DNA of 58,224 nt, counting the filler, from Squatina squatina (lineage: Eukaryota): the NCBI GenBank assembly GCA_031763465.1. It is 3 parts of 3 records of this genome, joined end to end, with 100 filler letters (N's around TTAATTAATTAA, not from the genome) between each part and the next. Parts side by side here need not be neighbours in the genome. Positions count along the whole stretch, not along the records: positions 23,885 to 36,711 come from JARFOE010000100.1; positions 36,812 to 58,224 come from JARFOE010000162.1; 1 more part is not named here. One strand, given 5' to 3'. Positions 33,642-44,929 of this stretch are shown here, piece by piece. Numbering within the stretch: position 1 is the first letter of the stretch; each line of letters opens with the position of its first letter. Under the pieces are notes generated by a model. The model was not told where the DNA came from. It worked only from the letters and a program-made list of their open reading frames with translations, and searched no databases. The position numbers and the translations under genes are program-made.

Positions 33642-36106
33642 TGGACCGCACTGAAGAAGCCCTGCAGTACTCACCAGAGCATGTCTCAAGATTTGTTGTG
33701 GTCTGCTGCATGCTTCACAACCTTGCCATTGTGAGGGCACAGCCATGAGGCATACGACAACCAGCTGAGGAGGAGGAGGAGGATGAGGAGGAAGAGGAGG
33801 GGAGGAGGCAACCCAGAGAGCCCCTTTCTTCCCAGGCTGTCCATGATCAACTCAATTAACTGCGGTACCAGTGAACATAACCCCAATTCTTTATTCAACA
33901 ATAGTCCTACACCTTACCTTCCTTCTGTTACTGACCATCACTGCTTCCCCTTAGCCACAATGCTGAAATAAAAGCCACTAGAAAATAAATATTCCAATCC
34001 AACTTTATACATCAATCCATCCAATATTACATAACAAAGCCAACTAATCACCCTTGTGCATTCCGTCAGTGCCTGCCTTCCGTGGGCCTTTGCCTGTCCT
34101 AGTGCTCCTACACAGTGTTTCCCCAGTAGGCCCGGCTTTAGGCTGTACCATGTTGGCAAGGGTGGCAGCAGTCTGGGCTGTGCTGGCTGACAGAGCACTG
34201 GCGGAGTGGCAGTGGTGGGAGGATTAAAGCTGTTATCCTGGGAGAGGGCAGCAGGTTTGTGCTCCACAAAGCCACTGCCACTCCCTGGGGCAGCGACTCC
34301 TAGCCATCTATTGGAACACAGATTGCTGTGACACCCTGCAAGCCCTTTTCCACACAGGTAAACGCTACTATGATTGCAGCAGTTTGAGCTCCCACTGCAG
34401 CACTCTGACGTTGGCTGGCTTCTGCTTGTGCTGCAATGGAAGCTGGGACATCAGACTCTACACCACGGTTGTGTCCGTAGGTGTGCTGGAGTTTTATGCT
34501 GAAAGGGATAGGCTCCAAGTTCTGCACAAAGCCTTGTGCAAGGTTGATGCTGGATTCATCCATGCTCCTATACATTGTACTCAGGCTTTCTGGTAGGCCT
34601 GTCAATGCACCAAGCAATTCTGTGTGCATACCCATCAGCCTTCCTCTGTAGGCCGCCCCATTGAAATCCTCATCTGAGCGCCATGCAGCAGAACTTGCGT
34701 CTGGCCTCGCCCTCCGGGGAGCTGGCACCAGCACTGCCCTTTCCCCCTGTCCTGGCTGTAGCCCAATCTTGCTTGATATCTCACCACGTGCAGATCCCAT
34801 GTCTAAACTATCCTCAGATTGTCAGTATCTGACTTTGTGGGCTGGGACTGAGAAATCGAGTGATGTTGTATCTTCATGAGCACTGTTTTCCTGCTCCTCC
34901 TTGGCCAGGTGGCAGCTCTTGGCTTTCAGAAAGGAGAAAGGCACAAGGGTAAGGTTGTGGAGAGGGGAGGGCGGGAAAGCAAGAGGTGCATGCTTACACT
35001 ATCTGTAGCTTGTACATCAGAAGATATTGTGGGATGAGGGGAAAGTGGTATGTGAGAAGGAGGATACCAGCATCTTGTATTCTTTCAGACTCGCCGGCTC
35101 AGCCAAGCCCCTGCTAAGGATGGCCATAACCATTTCCACCACGGGGGCGAGTTGAAGCTAAGAATGNNNNNNNNNNNNNNNNNNNNNNNNNNNNNNNNNN
35201 NNNNNNNNNNNNNNNNNNNNNNNNNNNNNNNNNNNNNNNNNNNNNNNNNNNNNNNNNNNNNNNNNNAAGGTGCACACAAATCTTTCCAAGAACAGAAAGT
35301 GTTGAAAATAAAGATTTCAATGTTTGACGGTACACTAACAGAAACTTTACATGAATATTGGATAACCCAAGTGGCTACCCTTGTGCATTATTAGTTGGTA
35401 TGACTGCACTAGGATGAGGGTGAGTGTGAGGGGTGGCTAGTGAGATGGGGATGTGATAATGTAATGGAGAGAGATGGATGAATGGAGGTGCAGAGTAAAT
35501 TGGTGCAACTAAGGATGTGCAGGAGTAGGGTAGGAAAGGCAGATTGATGGGGATGTGAGGATAAAGTTGAGTGTGGCTTTGTACTAATGCTTCGTGATCT
35601 AATGTGATCATTCAAAGCTTTGCGCCACTACACTCAGGTCCTCCTGATGACGTCCCTACATGTGACCTCCTGTGCAATGTGCAACCAGACTGTCTTGATC
35701 TCTGGGCAGGCCTCTTCTGCCCATTGGAAGGGAAGATCACCTTCGTGTGTGCTGTGACTCCCTCCATAAGCATATGGAGGGAGTCATGGGCGAACCTGGG
35801 TGCAGCATTGCACTTCTGTGCAGTGAATGTCAGTGTTTGCAGCACTTCAGTGGTGTAGAACACTGACAGTACAAATGTCATAAGAAAGTTGGCCATTGTC
35901 CCTTTAAGGGAACCGGGTGATGAGGCGTCATGAATAATGTCACCCGAGCTGCTTCCTCTAATTAGCCTGGGGAATGGCTGGGTGTGCTTAACAAGCACCA
36001 TCAACATAAATTCATTTTCCAGAGCAGGATGGAGTCAGCAGTGGGTCCACGACCCGCCACTGACATTGCCCGCCCCGGACCCGCCAAAGTGAGTAAAATC
36101 CTGTCC
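33642..36106. mobile_element. Decayed autonomous-type PIF/Harbinger transposon (transposase 3' end on +, Myb/SANT gene on -)
   Basis: 33642-33872 (+) reads LDRTEEALQYSPEHVSRFVVVCCMLHNLAI plus an acidic tail, like a HARBI1 C-terminus. ~35820-34080 (-) reads AAPRFAHDSLHMLMEGV..VIFPSNGQKRP, Myb-like, with intron-like gaps. Ends GTAAAATCCTGTCC followed by TAA. Confidence 0.8.
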
Positions 36107-36347
36107 TAAGCAATTATGATTTTCTTTCTTCAAAGCCATTTTAGCTTAAGAATGTGAACATTCCAGTCCACTTTAACCACTGCTTATGACAGTTACTAGG
36201 CTCTAATCAAATAACAAATTACAAAGAGCCATAAGTGATTGATGATGAACATCATCTGAACTTTGAGATTCAATTATAGCCTTTAACAGCTTCTCAGTGT
36301 GCACTGTGGATTTTAATGCTATTATCAATGCTGACATATGTGTCAGA

Positions 36348-36680
36348 CTGGCTCAGTTGTTAGACTCTTGATTAAATTCACAAAGTTGTGGGTTCAAGCT
36401 CCACTCCAGGCCTTGAACACATAATGTCGGCTGACATTTCAGTATGGTATTGAAGGGTGCTGCACTGTCAGAGGTGAGATGTTAAACTCAGGCCCTGTCT
36501 GCAACTTCGGGTGAATATAAAAGATCCCACGACAATACTCAAAACACATGCACAGCGTCCTGGCCAAAAATCCTCTCTCAATCAACACCAACAAAAACAG
36601 TGTGACTAGACATTTACCTGATTGCTGTTTGTGGGACCTTGCTGTGCGTAGGTTGGCTGCTATATTGCCTATGTAACAAT
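36348..36680 (+). mobile_element. tRNA-headed DeuSINE (SacSINE1-like)
   Basis: TGGCTCAGTTG A-box, GGGTTCAAGCTCCACTCCAG B-box region, Deu core. Confidence 0.7.
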
Positions 36681-36711
36681 ATATATAAATATATATATAT
36701 ATGGCTCTCCC

Positions 36712-36811
36712 NNNNNNNNNNNNNNNNNNNNNNNNNNNNNNNNNNNNNNNNNNNNTTAATTAATTAANNNNNNNNNNNNNNNNNNNNNNNNNNNNNNNNN
36801 NNNNNNNNNNN
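36712..36811. other. Artificial scaffold-joining linker
   Basis: 44 N + TTAATTAATTAA (36756-36767) + 44 N, identical in design to 23785-23884. Confidence 0.9.
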
Positions 36812-37095
36812 TTGGAGCAGCACCTCCTATTACACCAGTTCAAGTTTTCCACTTTCAGTATCAGCCATGTTGTATTGCCTCTCTAATGAAGAAGTACTGT
36901 GTTGCATCATGCACTCCCACCCAGTATTAACTGGAAGTCAGACTGCCCATATCTAAAATCATTTCATACAAGACCCTTACAATTACAATAGTGTGACCTT
37001 GGCATGGTGTAATTTGGTATTAATCATTTGGTGTGGTCTACAGAGACAAAGGAAAATATTATCTTTATGCATTAGCCACAAAGTCCCATTCTTAC

Positions 37096-37214
37096 CCTTT
37101 CAAAGCAAAGAATGATTGCTGAAGAACTGTGTTTTTTGCCAAAACAGACTTGGCATATTCAAGCTGAACATCAGCTGAAGTCAGGCTATGGGACATGACA
37201 TTTGTCACCTGTAA
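37096..37214 (-). CDS. RPN2: Ribophorin II (OST subunit), internal exon
   Basis: tttttccag|TTACAG...GAAAGG|gtaag, 119 nt. Reads LQVTNVMSHSLTSADVQLEYAKSVLAKNTVLQQSFFALK(G) (recalled RPN2 [36 protein letters not shown]). Confidence 0.9.
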
Positions 37215-37374
37215 CTGGAAAAACACAGAGAAAGGAAAAATTAGAGTAAATAACAAAGTTTCCAAATAGGTCATTAGGAATAAATCTCAAAGAAGATTCC
37301 TTCTAACTGCAAACCAAATGCCGTTGCTTCTTAAAATACATCTTGGACACAGAGTAAAACAATTGGCCACCTGT

Positions 37375-37613
37375 TATTGACATAGACGATGAAACTCGAC
37401 ACCACCTCCAGTGCGCCAGCACAGCCTTCGGCCGCCTGAGGAAAAGAGTGTTTGAAGATAAAGACTTCAAACCCAGCACCAAGCTCATGGTCTACAGGGC
37501 AGCAGTGATACTTGCCCTCCTGTATGTGTCGGAGACATGGACAATATACAGTAGGCACCTCAAAAATCTGTAAAAGTGTCACCAATGTTGGCTCTGCAAA
37601 ATCCTGCAAATCC
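37375..37613 (+). mobile_element. RTE-clade LINE fragment
   Basis: Reads IDDETRHHLQCASTAFGRLRKRVFEDKDFKPSTKLMVYRAAVILALLYVSETWTIYSRHL. Confidence 0.8.
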
Positions 37614-39820
37614 NNNNNNNNNNNNNNNNNNNNNNNNNNNNNNNNNNNNNNNNNNNNNNNNNNNNNNNNNNNNNNNNNNNNNNNNNNNNNNNNNNNNNNN
37701 NNNNNNNNNNNNNNNNNNNNNNNNNNNNNNNNNNNNNNNNNNNNNNNNNNNNNNNNNNNNNNNNNNNNNNNNNNNNNNNNNNNNNNNNNNNNNNNNNNNN
37801 NNNNNNNNNNNNNNNNNNNNNNNNNNNNNNNNNNNNNNNNNNNNNNNNNNNNNNNNNNNNNNNNNNNNNNNNNNNNNNNNNNNNNNNNNNNNNNNNNNNN
37901 NNNNNNNNNNNNNNNNNNNNNNNNNNNNNNNNNNNNNNNNNNNNNNNNNNNNNNNNNNNNNNNNNNNNNNNNNNNNNNNNNNNNNNNNNNNNNNNNNNNN
38001 NNNNNNNNNNNNNNNNNNNNNNNNNNNNNNNNNNNNNNNNNNNNGGTTTCTGCCTGTGAAGATGGTTCTGGAACTGTCTGTCCCCCTCCCCCTCCTTCTC
38101 CGACCCTTGACTGTCTCACTGTATATACATGACAGTGTGCAGGGGGGGAGCAGGGAGGGGAATGACTTCCTTGCATTCCTGCTGCATTACTGTTGCCATC
38201 AGGTTAGAATGGTACAGGAATGATGAAACTGGATGAGGCGGTGGTGGAAAGACCACTGATTGCCATGATGGAGGCAGAGGGGTTTGGTATTGGGCACCTC
38301 ATGCTCTCTACTACCATGTGTCCTGCAAATAAAATGGAAGCTTATTTTGAGCTACCTTACAAATTTAACATGAACTTGTTGGGATGTTGCCCCCTCCCCT
38401 TTAATTTTGACTCTTCCCTCTTCTGGCCCTGCTACTGGTGAGGAGGAATGAAACCACTTGAGGGTGAGGATGCGGAGACCTGGGGGAGTGAGATACTGAG
38501 GGGGTTGTGGATGGAGGGTTAAGGTTATGCTGAGTGACAGCAGAGTGAGGAGAGGGTGGATAGTTCAGAAGGGAACAGTTAAAGCTAGTGATGAGACAGG
38601 TGGTAGGAAGGGGAGAGGGTAGTGGGAAGGTGACATAGGAGGAGTGAGGGGCCGGGGGAAGCATGCGTGAAGGGAGGGGATGGGAAAGCAGCTGCTGAGA
38701 GCTACATTCTCCCATAACACTCACCAAAAAACACAGCCTGCAGCCACCAGCAGTGCCATTGGAATCCAGGGTTCTAATTGGTAACTGATCCCAACATCCA
38801 TTTCAACAATTCAGAATCTTAAAGCGACGCACGACTACATTCGATTTTACATTATATAATGTTCCTGTTCTTATAAAATGGCACATGCTCTCATTTACCG
38901 TGAGCATTGCCAGGGGACCTTCACCAGTTTCAGAAAAAAAGGCTTACATTAGCAAAGCCTTAAAACTGTGCAGTTTGAACTTGTACCATAATTTGCTCAA
39001 AATCTCAACATATTTCAGGATGTTTCGCCCAATTTTCTAAGGAAAGAGTTTGAAAATACGAGTTACTTTGAATGTTTAAGTGAAAGTACAAGTTTAAAAA
39101 AAAGACAATTAGACAAAGGGTAGTTAATATGCTAAACAGAAGTTGTTTACCTCAGGTGCAAAAAACAAGCAATTTATTAGCTTGACTGATGATCAAAAAC
39201 AACTTCAAATTCAATGTGTGAGAAACCACATGAAGAGGGAGATAAAGAGAGATGTAGGGAAGCAGTTGAGGAAGGGAGAGGATCCAGAAGAGGTTGAATA
39301 AAAGGGAGACTGCATGGAGAGGAGGTTCTGCACTGGGCTATATCCAAAATGCAAAGGGGTTATCGTGTTTTAATTAATTAAGATGTGGGGAAGTGTAACG
39401 CGCTCATGATTTTATATTACGTGAAGACAAATTCTATTGACTGAAATAAGTGAATCCAATCGTAACTTCACTTTGTATGTTCATCAAATAAAGCAGCTTA
39501 TCTTTTCTTATTAAGCCTCATCTCACCAAGTGTTGGCTTGGTTCATCTTTGGAGAAATTGAAGAAATATATTTGCAACAGGCAGATAGCTGGTTCAGGTC
39601 ACAAAGGGGTGTTTTGTTACATCCTCCACTCCAGGCACGTTAATGTGCAAGTCGAACAAGGGCAGCGAGAGTCAACTTCCAAGATGCTCCAATCATTTGA
39701 GGCAACAAGTGAAGCGACTGAATTAGAGACGGTACCGAAAGCAGATTCAAATTCCTAACAGCTCAGGAAGAGGAAAATTTCAGTTTGGGCAATAAAGTTA
39801 CCTTTACAGAAGTTGAACTA

Positions 39821-40039
<219 letters not shown>

Positions 40040-41079
40040 TTAAAAAAGCAAAGCTGAATTCTGTAGATTTACTAATGTGCATAAAGCAAAAAACTGATAT
40101 CTTGGTACCCCAGTGATCTATTTATCTTATTAGGCTACTCAAGATCAAAATCAAAATCAATTAATTAGTCTGCATAGTATATAGTATGCACATTCTCCAA
40201 AGCAATATTCAATATGACCAATTGTTAAAAAGTGATTCTGGCTAGAATGACTCGGATTTTTTTGTATAGAATTTTCAGCCACAAACTAATTAAATTGATA
40301 TAACACCATAAATCTAGTGTAGTTCTTGTGTCTGAGTGAATGTCTGTCCACAGTGCTATTGTGCTGTAGCACCCATCCAAACAAATTAAAACTATCTCAG
40401 AACTATGGCTCAAATACCAGTGTAGGCCCTCTTCCTCCTGTACAACGCAGTAAGGAATGCGCACTCAACAGGCCTGAAGCTTGAGCATAGCTGTGGCTGT
40501 AATGGCGATTCTACATAAAACCTTAACATGACCAAAGTTGGAGAATTGTGCACAGTTCTGGGGTCCCGAGTGGAGCTTGAACCAGTGACCTTTTGACTTA
40601 GAGGCAAGAGTGTTACCACTGTATCAAGGCTGACAAATTAAAGTGACTTCACCATACTAAGCAGGAAGGATTTGACCAGTGCACCATGATCCAGGAGGTA
40701 GAAAAACTTGATCTGAAAACAAATTCAATGGAGATGGGAATGTCACAAAAATGACCATTAATATTTTCAATCAGTGCCTCCAGATCATGATCATTTTTTC
40801 CTGCAGACTACGTAGGATCTTTCTAAATAATTTNNNNNNNNNNNNNNNNNNNNNNNNNNNNNNNNNNNNNNNNNNNNNNNNNNNNNNNNNNNNNNNNNNN
40901 NNNNNNNNNNNNNNNNNNNNNNNNNNNNNNNNNCTTCCTCCAGATAAAACATGATCGGAAAAACTGAAGTGAATCTGAAGAAACTAGGGGTTGTTTGGTA
41001 AGACTTTAAATTGGCTACTGGCGCAAGGTACAAACAGGGATTGTCTCAGGGGCCAGCACCATCACCTCCTCAGTTTCCA

Positions 41080-41760
41080 ACAGTGCCCTTTTCGTCACCA
41101 AGGGGCAGCATGTAGATCAGCCACAGACATGGAGTCAGCTTCCACATGTACGCTGGTGACACCCAGCTCTAACGCTCCACCACCTAACTTGACCCCGTCA
41201 GACTTCTGGCCTGACATGCAGTCGTGGGCGAGTCGCAACTTCTTCTGGCTAAACACCGCAATGATTGAAGCCACGGTCTTCGGTCCCCACCGCAAACACC
41301 TTTGCACCCGCCACTGACTCCATCCCCTTTTCCCCAGTCATCGTCATGGACTTAACCACAACCTCGGCATCCTGTTCGGCCCATGTTCTCTCCATCACAA
41401 TGACCGACTACTCTCATCCGCTGTAACATCACCTTGCCTCTGATGTTCTTGTACATACTTGTCATCTTCACACTCCATTAACCCAACGTGCTTCTCACCA
41501 TGCTGCCATCCTCGACCTTGCCCATAAATTCCAGCTCATCTACAAATCTGCTTCTTGTATCACATCTCACACAATGTCCTGCTCACCCATCACTCCTGTC
41601 CTCGCTAACCTATATAGGCTCCCAGTCCCCCAACGCTTCAAGTTTAAAATTGTTGTCCGTGTTCCAATCCCTCCACGGCCTCAGATCTCCCTTTCTCTCG
41701 ATCCTCTTCTAGCCCTACAATCTCCCCATTCCTCGGATTACAGCTTCTTGTACAGCCTCC
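41080..41760 (+). mobile_element. L2-clade LINE remnant (RT C-terminal region)
   Basis: Degraded HMYAGDTQL...DMQSWASRNFFWLNTAMIEATVFGP...SPITPVLANLYRLPVPQRFKFKI motifs. Confidence 0.65.
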
Positions 41761-44700
41761 TCTTCCTTTGTTGTGCTCAAGTCCAACTGTCTGGAGATCC
41801 CCGCTTCCCCCCCGACCTCCCCACCAAACAAAAGAACCCGCAGCAAATCCAGATAAGACCAGAAACAAAAATAAGAAGCAAAGTAAATCCAAAAGATTAA
41901 AAGAAAAGCAGAAAATGAGAGGGGAAAATGAAGTGTGTCAGCAGAATCCACAATACCAGATGGGCATACAGACAGAAAAATGGCACACACAAACCTTATG
42001 ATAGGCATACACAGTGGGACACGTACAGGAGTGATAGGAGATGGGGAAGCACAGGCCTGCAGATAGGGTGAGACAAATACAGAGGCAACAACAGGTGAAA
42101 GTGTCACAGAACCATACCGTCACAGGAACAGATTGATGAAAATAGAGTTCAGTAGAAACAGATAAAGAGATGTAATGCAAAGAACTGGACAGTGGGAAAT
42201 AAACAGATTTGTATTGTGCCATTGTGCTGTTCAGATTTAATTTTGCAAGATGCTGGCACAACATTGCAGGCTACGCTGGACTGTCAACTAATGTTACTGC
42301 AGACTCTATGACATTGGTACAGCCCCACTCTGCCAGAAATCCCATTCTTGCAGGTTTCCACCACACTTCTGGTAAAGTTAAGGTGGTGTAGCAGGAGCAG
42401 CTCCAAATAAATTCCTGGCCCATGATTCTTGCTGGTGGCCACAAACTACAAAGCGGCCATTTCTTGGCCTTATTGGTGACCACAATATTCTTTCAACAAG
42501 CTCCATGGGATCCAAGCTGCATTGGGGATCTGGGCTGGGAAATTATAAAACAGAAACAGGAGTTAGGAATCTAATCTGAAATATGAGCAGATTGATAAAT
42601 CTAACTGAGGAAGTGCTAATAGCAAAGCTATGTATTCTCAACCCCATCCTTCTGTTATTGCCTTTACTTCTATGGTCCAGGTCAATGGGGTAATATTGTA
42701 CTCCTAACCAATTGAAACAATGCAGACAACTGTCAGAAAACTATATGAGAGAAAATAATCCAAAACGAACAGGAAGATGTTGCCATAAGGTTACTAAACC
42801 ATGACTACTGGCATATCCTGAAAAAGATCTTTTTTAATCAAGTCAAATACAAAGACAGATAAATCTCAGAAGGGGCTTCATTGGAAGGAAGAGTGCTGAG
42901 CAAGTTCGGTTACAAAAAGATCCACATCAAGAAGATTTGCACTATAGTATCTGAATTTTTATTAAGTTTTTCTCCCCCTGTTGATTTACTTCCATTACTT
43001 AAGTCGTTAACACCTTCCTTGGCCATTGGTTCCTCTCTAGTACCTCATTGAAGTGGTCATTATTGATACATGGACTTGCTAATTATTGTTGGCAGAATGT
43101 TTGACCACGGAAGGAAGTGGCATCACAGTTAAGCTCGATCATGTCCTGACGTTTACACATACTTTTAACAGGGAATACTGATCAGCGATCAGGTGTGGGA
43201 ACCCTGAACAGTTTTCTCCTCCACTATCCAGGGTTGCTGAGGCATTTGTAAGACTCGCAGGCTTGTCCCAGTTGAGATGAGCTATCCCAGCCCAGACAGG
43301 GGATTGAGCCTGAAACCTATATGCCGTCGCTACTCAAATGATAATCTTGTTTAGGTCATCACCTCAATGATCAGATTATTTCAAGTTCTGTTAAACTTTG
43401 TAAAGAATCCTACAAAGTAATGGCACCATTTTTATTTCAAGATCAGTAGGGTTCAAAAAACCAGTTGGAAAACCAGTCTATTTAGTTCCATATTTCTCAA
43501 CACTCTTCCTTGATATTGAAGCCACGAATACATTTTGCAGCAAGTTTAAATCTAGATCACTTTAGTTCAATTTCATGAGCAGACATCAGCTACATGGAAA
43601 GTATTACAGAAGTATAAATTTCCACCAACTTTTCTTGGGGGAATATTGAACACATATTCTTAAAATGAAAGTTCTTTCATCATTTTAATAACATTGGCAG
43701 AATGCCAACAATGATGAAGGATAGAATGGGAGTTAGATGCTGCTTTTAAAAATTGAGGAGCATGGGGGACAATTTAAAAACTGTTCGCCATCTGCTGGGT
43801 GGGTTAGTCGGTAAATCCAGTGCCCAGGGTGGTACAGAGCCTTCCAGGTTTGATACCCAGTAGACAAAGTTAGCCGGTGTCAGCTCTGGTATCATGAGAG
43901 ATGCCACCATTGGCCTGAGAAACCCTGGACTGGGAACTGTCGGCACTGGGAAACCCGACACTGGGAACCNNNNNNNNNNNNNNNNNNNNNNNNNNNNNNN
44001 NNNNNNNNNNNNNNNNNNNNNNNNNNNNNNNNNNNNNNNNNNNNNNNNNNNNNNNNNNNNNNNNNNNNNCAGAAAACATAGAACAAGAAAAGACGATTTG
44101 GAAGGGGGCGAATTAACCCTTCCACAAACAACGTACAGGAAGCCCTATCATGAATCTATCTCACCTATTTAATTACCAGAGGCAAACTCGACATAAATTC
44201 TCTCTGATCCCAAAGCTAATCAAACTAAAATCCACAATATTCATCCATCCACTCCTAAGCCCCTTTTAGCTGACAGATGGGAAAGACATTGATGGCACCA
44301 GTCTGGGTTGAATTCAAGCCAAGATCCCAGTGAAAGAATGCTGTTAAAACCTACTGTGCTACCCTGTCTCCTTTTACAGAGCTGATTTTTAAATCACTAG
44401 GTATAACATTGGCATGTAGCTCCAGTGATGCAATCAAAAGCTGCTCGGAACTGACCCGAGTGAGCAAGAATAGGTACATTAGTCATTCAAGGATGTCCGC
44501 GGCTCACCAACACTCCCACAACTTGTCATGAATTTGCAGCACATACACATATGTACTGTTATATTCTCAACAGAACAAGTGCAGTTTAAAAAAAAACTTA
44601 AATACATGTAATTCAGTCGCACAAACAGCTTAAGACTGTACAAAGTGTTTGAAAGGATTCCAGCAGGAAATTTTCAAATTGACCACCAGTTACTCTTGAG

Positions 44701-44808
44701 CAGAGTCANNNNNNNNNNNNNNNNNNNNNNNNNNNNNNNNNNNNNNNNNNNNNNNNNNNNNNNNNNNNNNNNNNNNNNNNNNNNNNNNNNNNNNNNNNNN
44801 NNNNNNNN

Positions 44809-44929
44809 ATGACTGACCTCAACTTCAGGATTTGCGTGTTTAGATGCGCATGGCCTGAAGTTGAGGTCAGTTTCAAAGGGGTAATGATGGCAAACTTTGT
44901 TAGTTCCCCGTTATTACCAAATTCTGGCC
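44809..44929. mobile_element. End of a Harbinger-like MITE with an internal perfect hairpin
   Basis: 18-bp perfect inverted repeat at 44812-44829 and 44854-44871, and terminal AAATTCTGGCC. Confidence 0.5.

Noticed and set aside
39370-39381. Third TTAATTAATTAA motif
   Set aside because: It has no flanking Ns and sits between two consecutive RPN2 exons, so it is probably natural AT-rich sequence.
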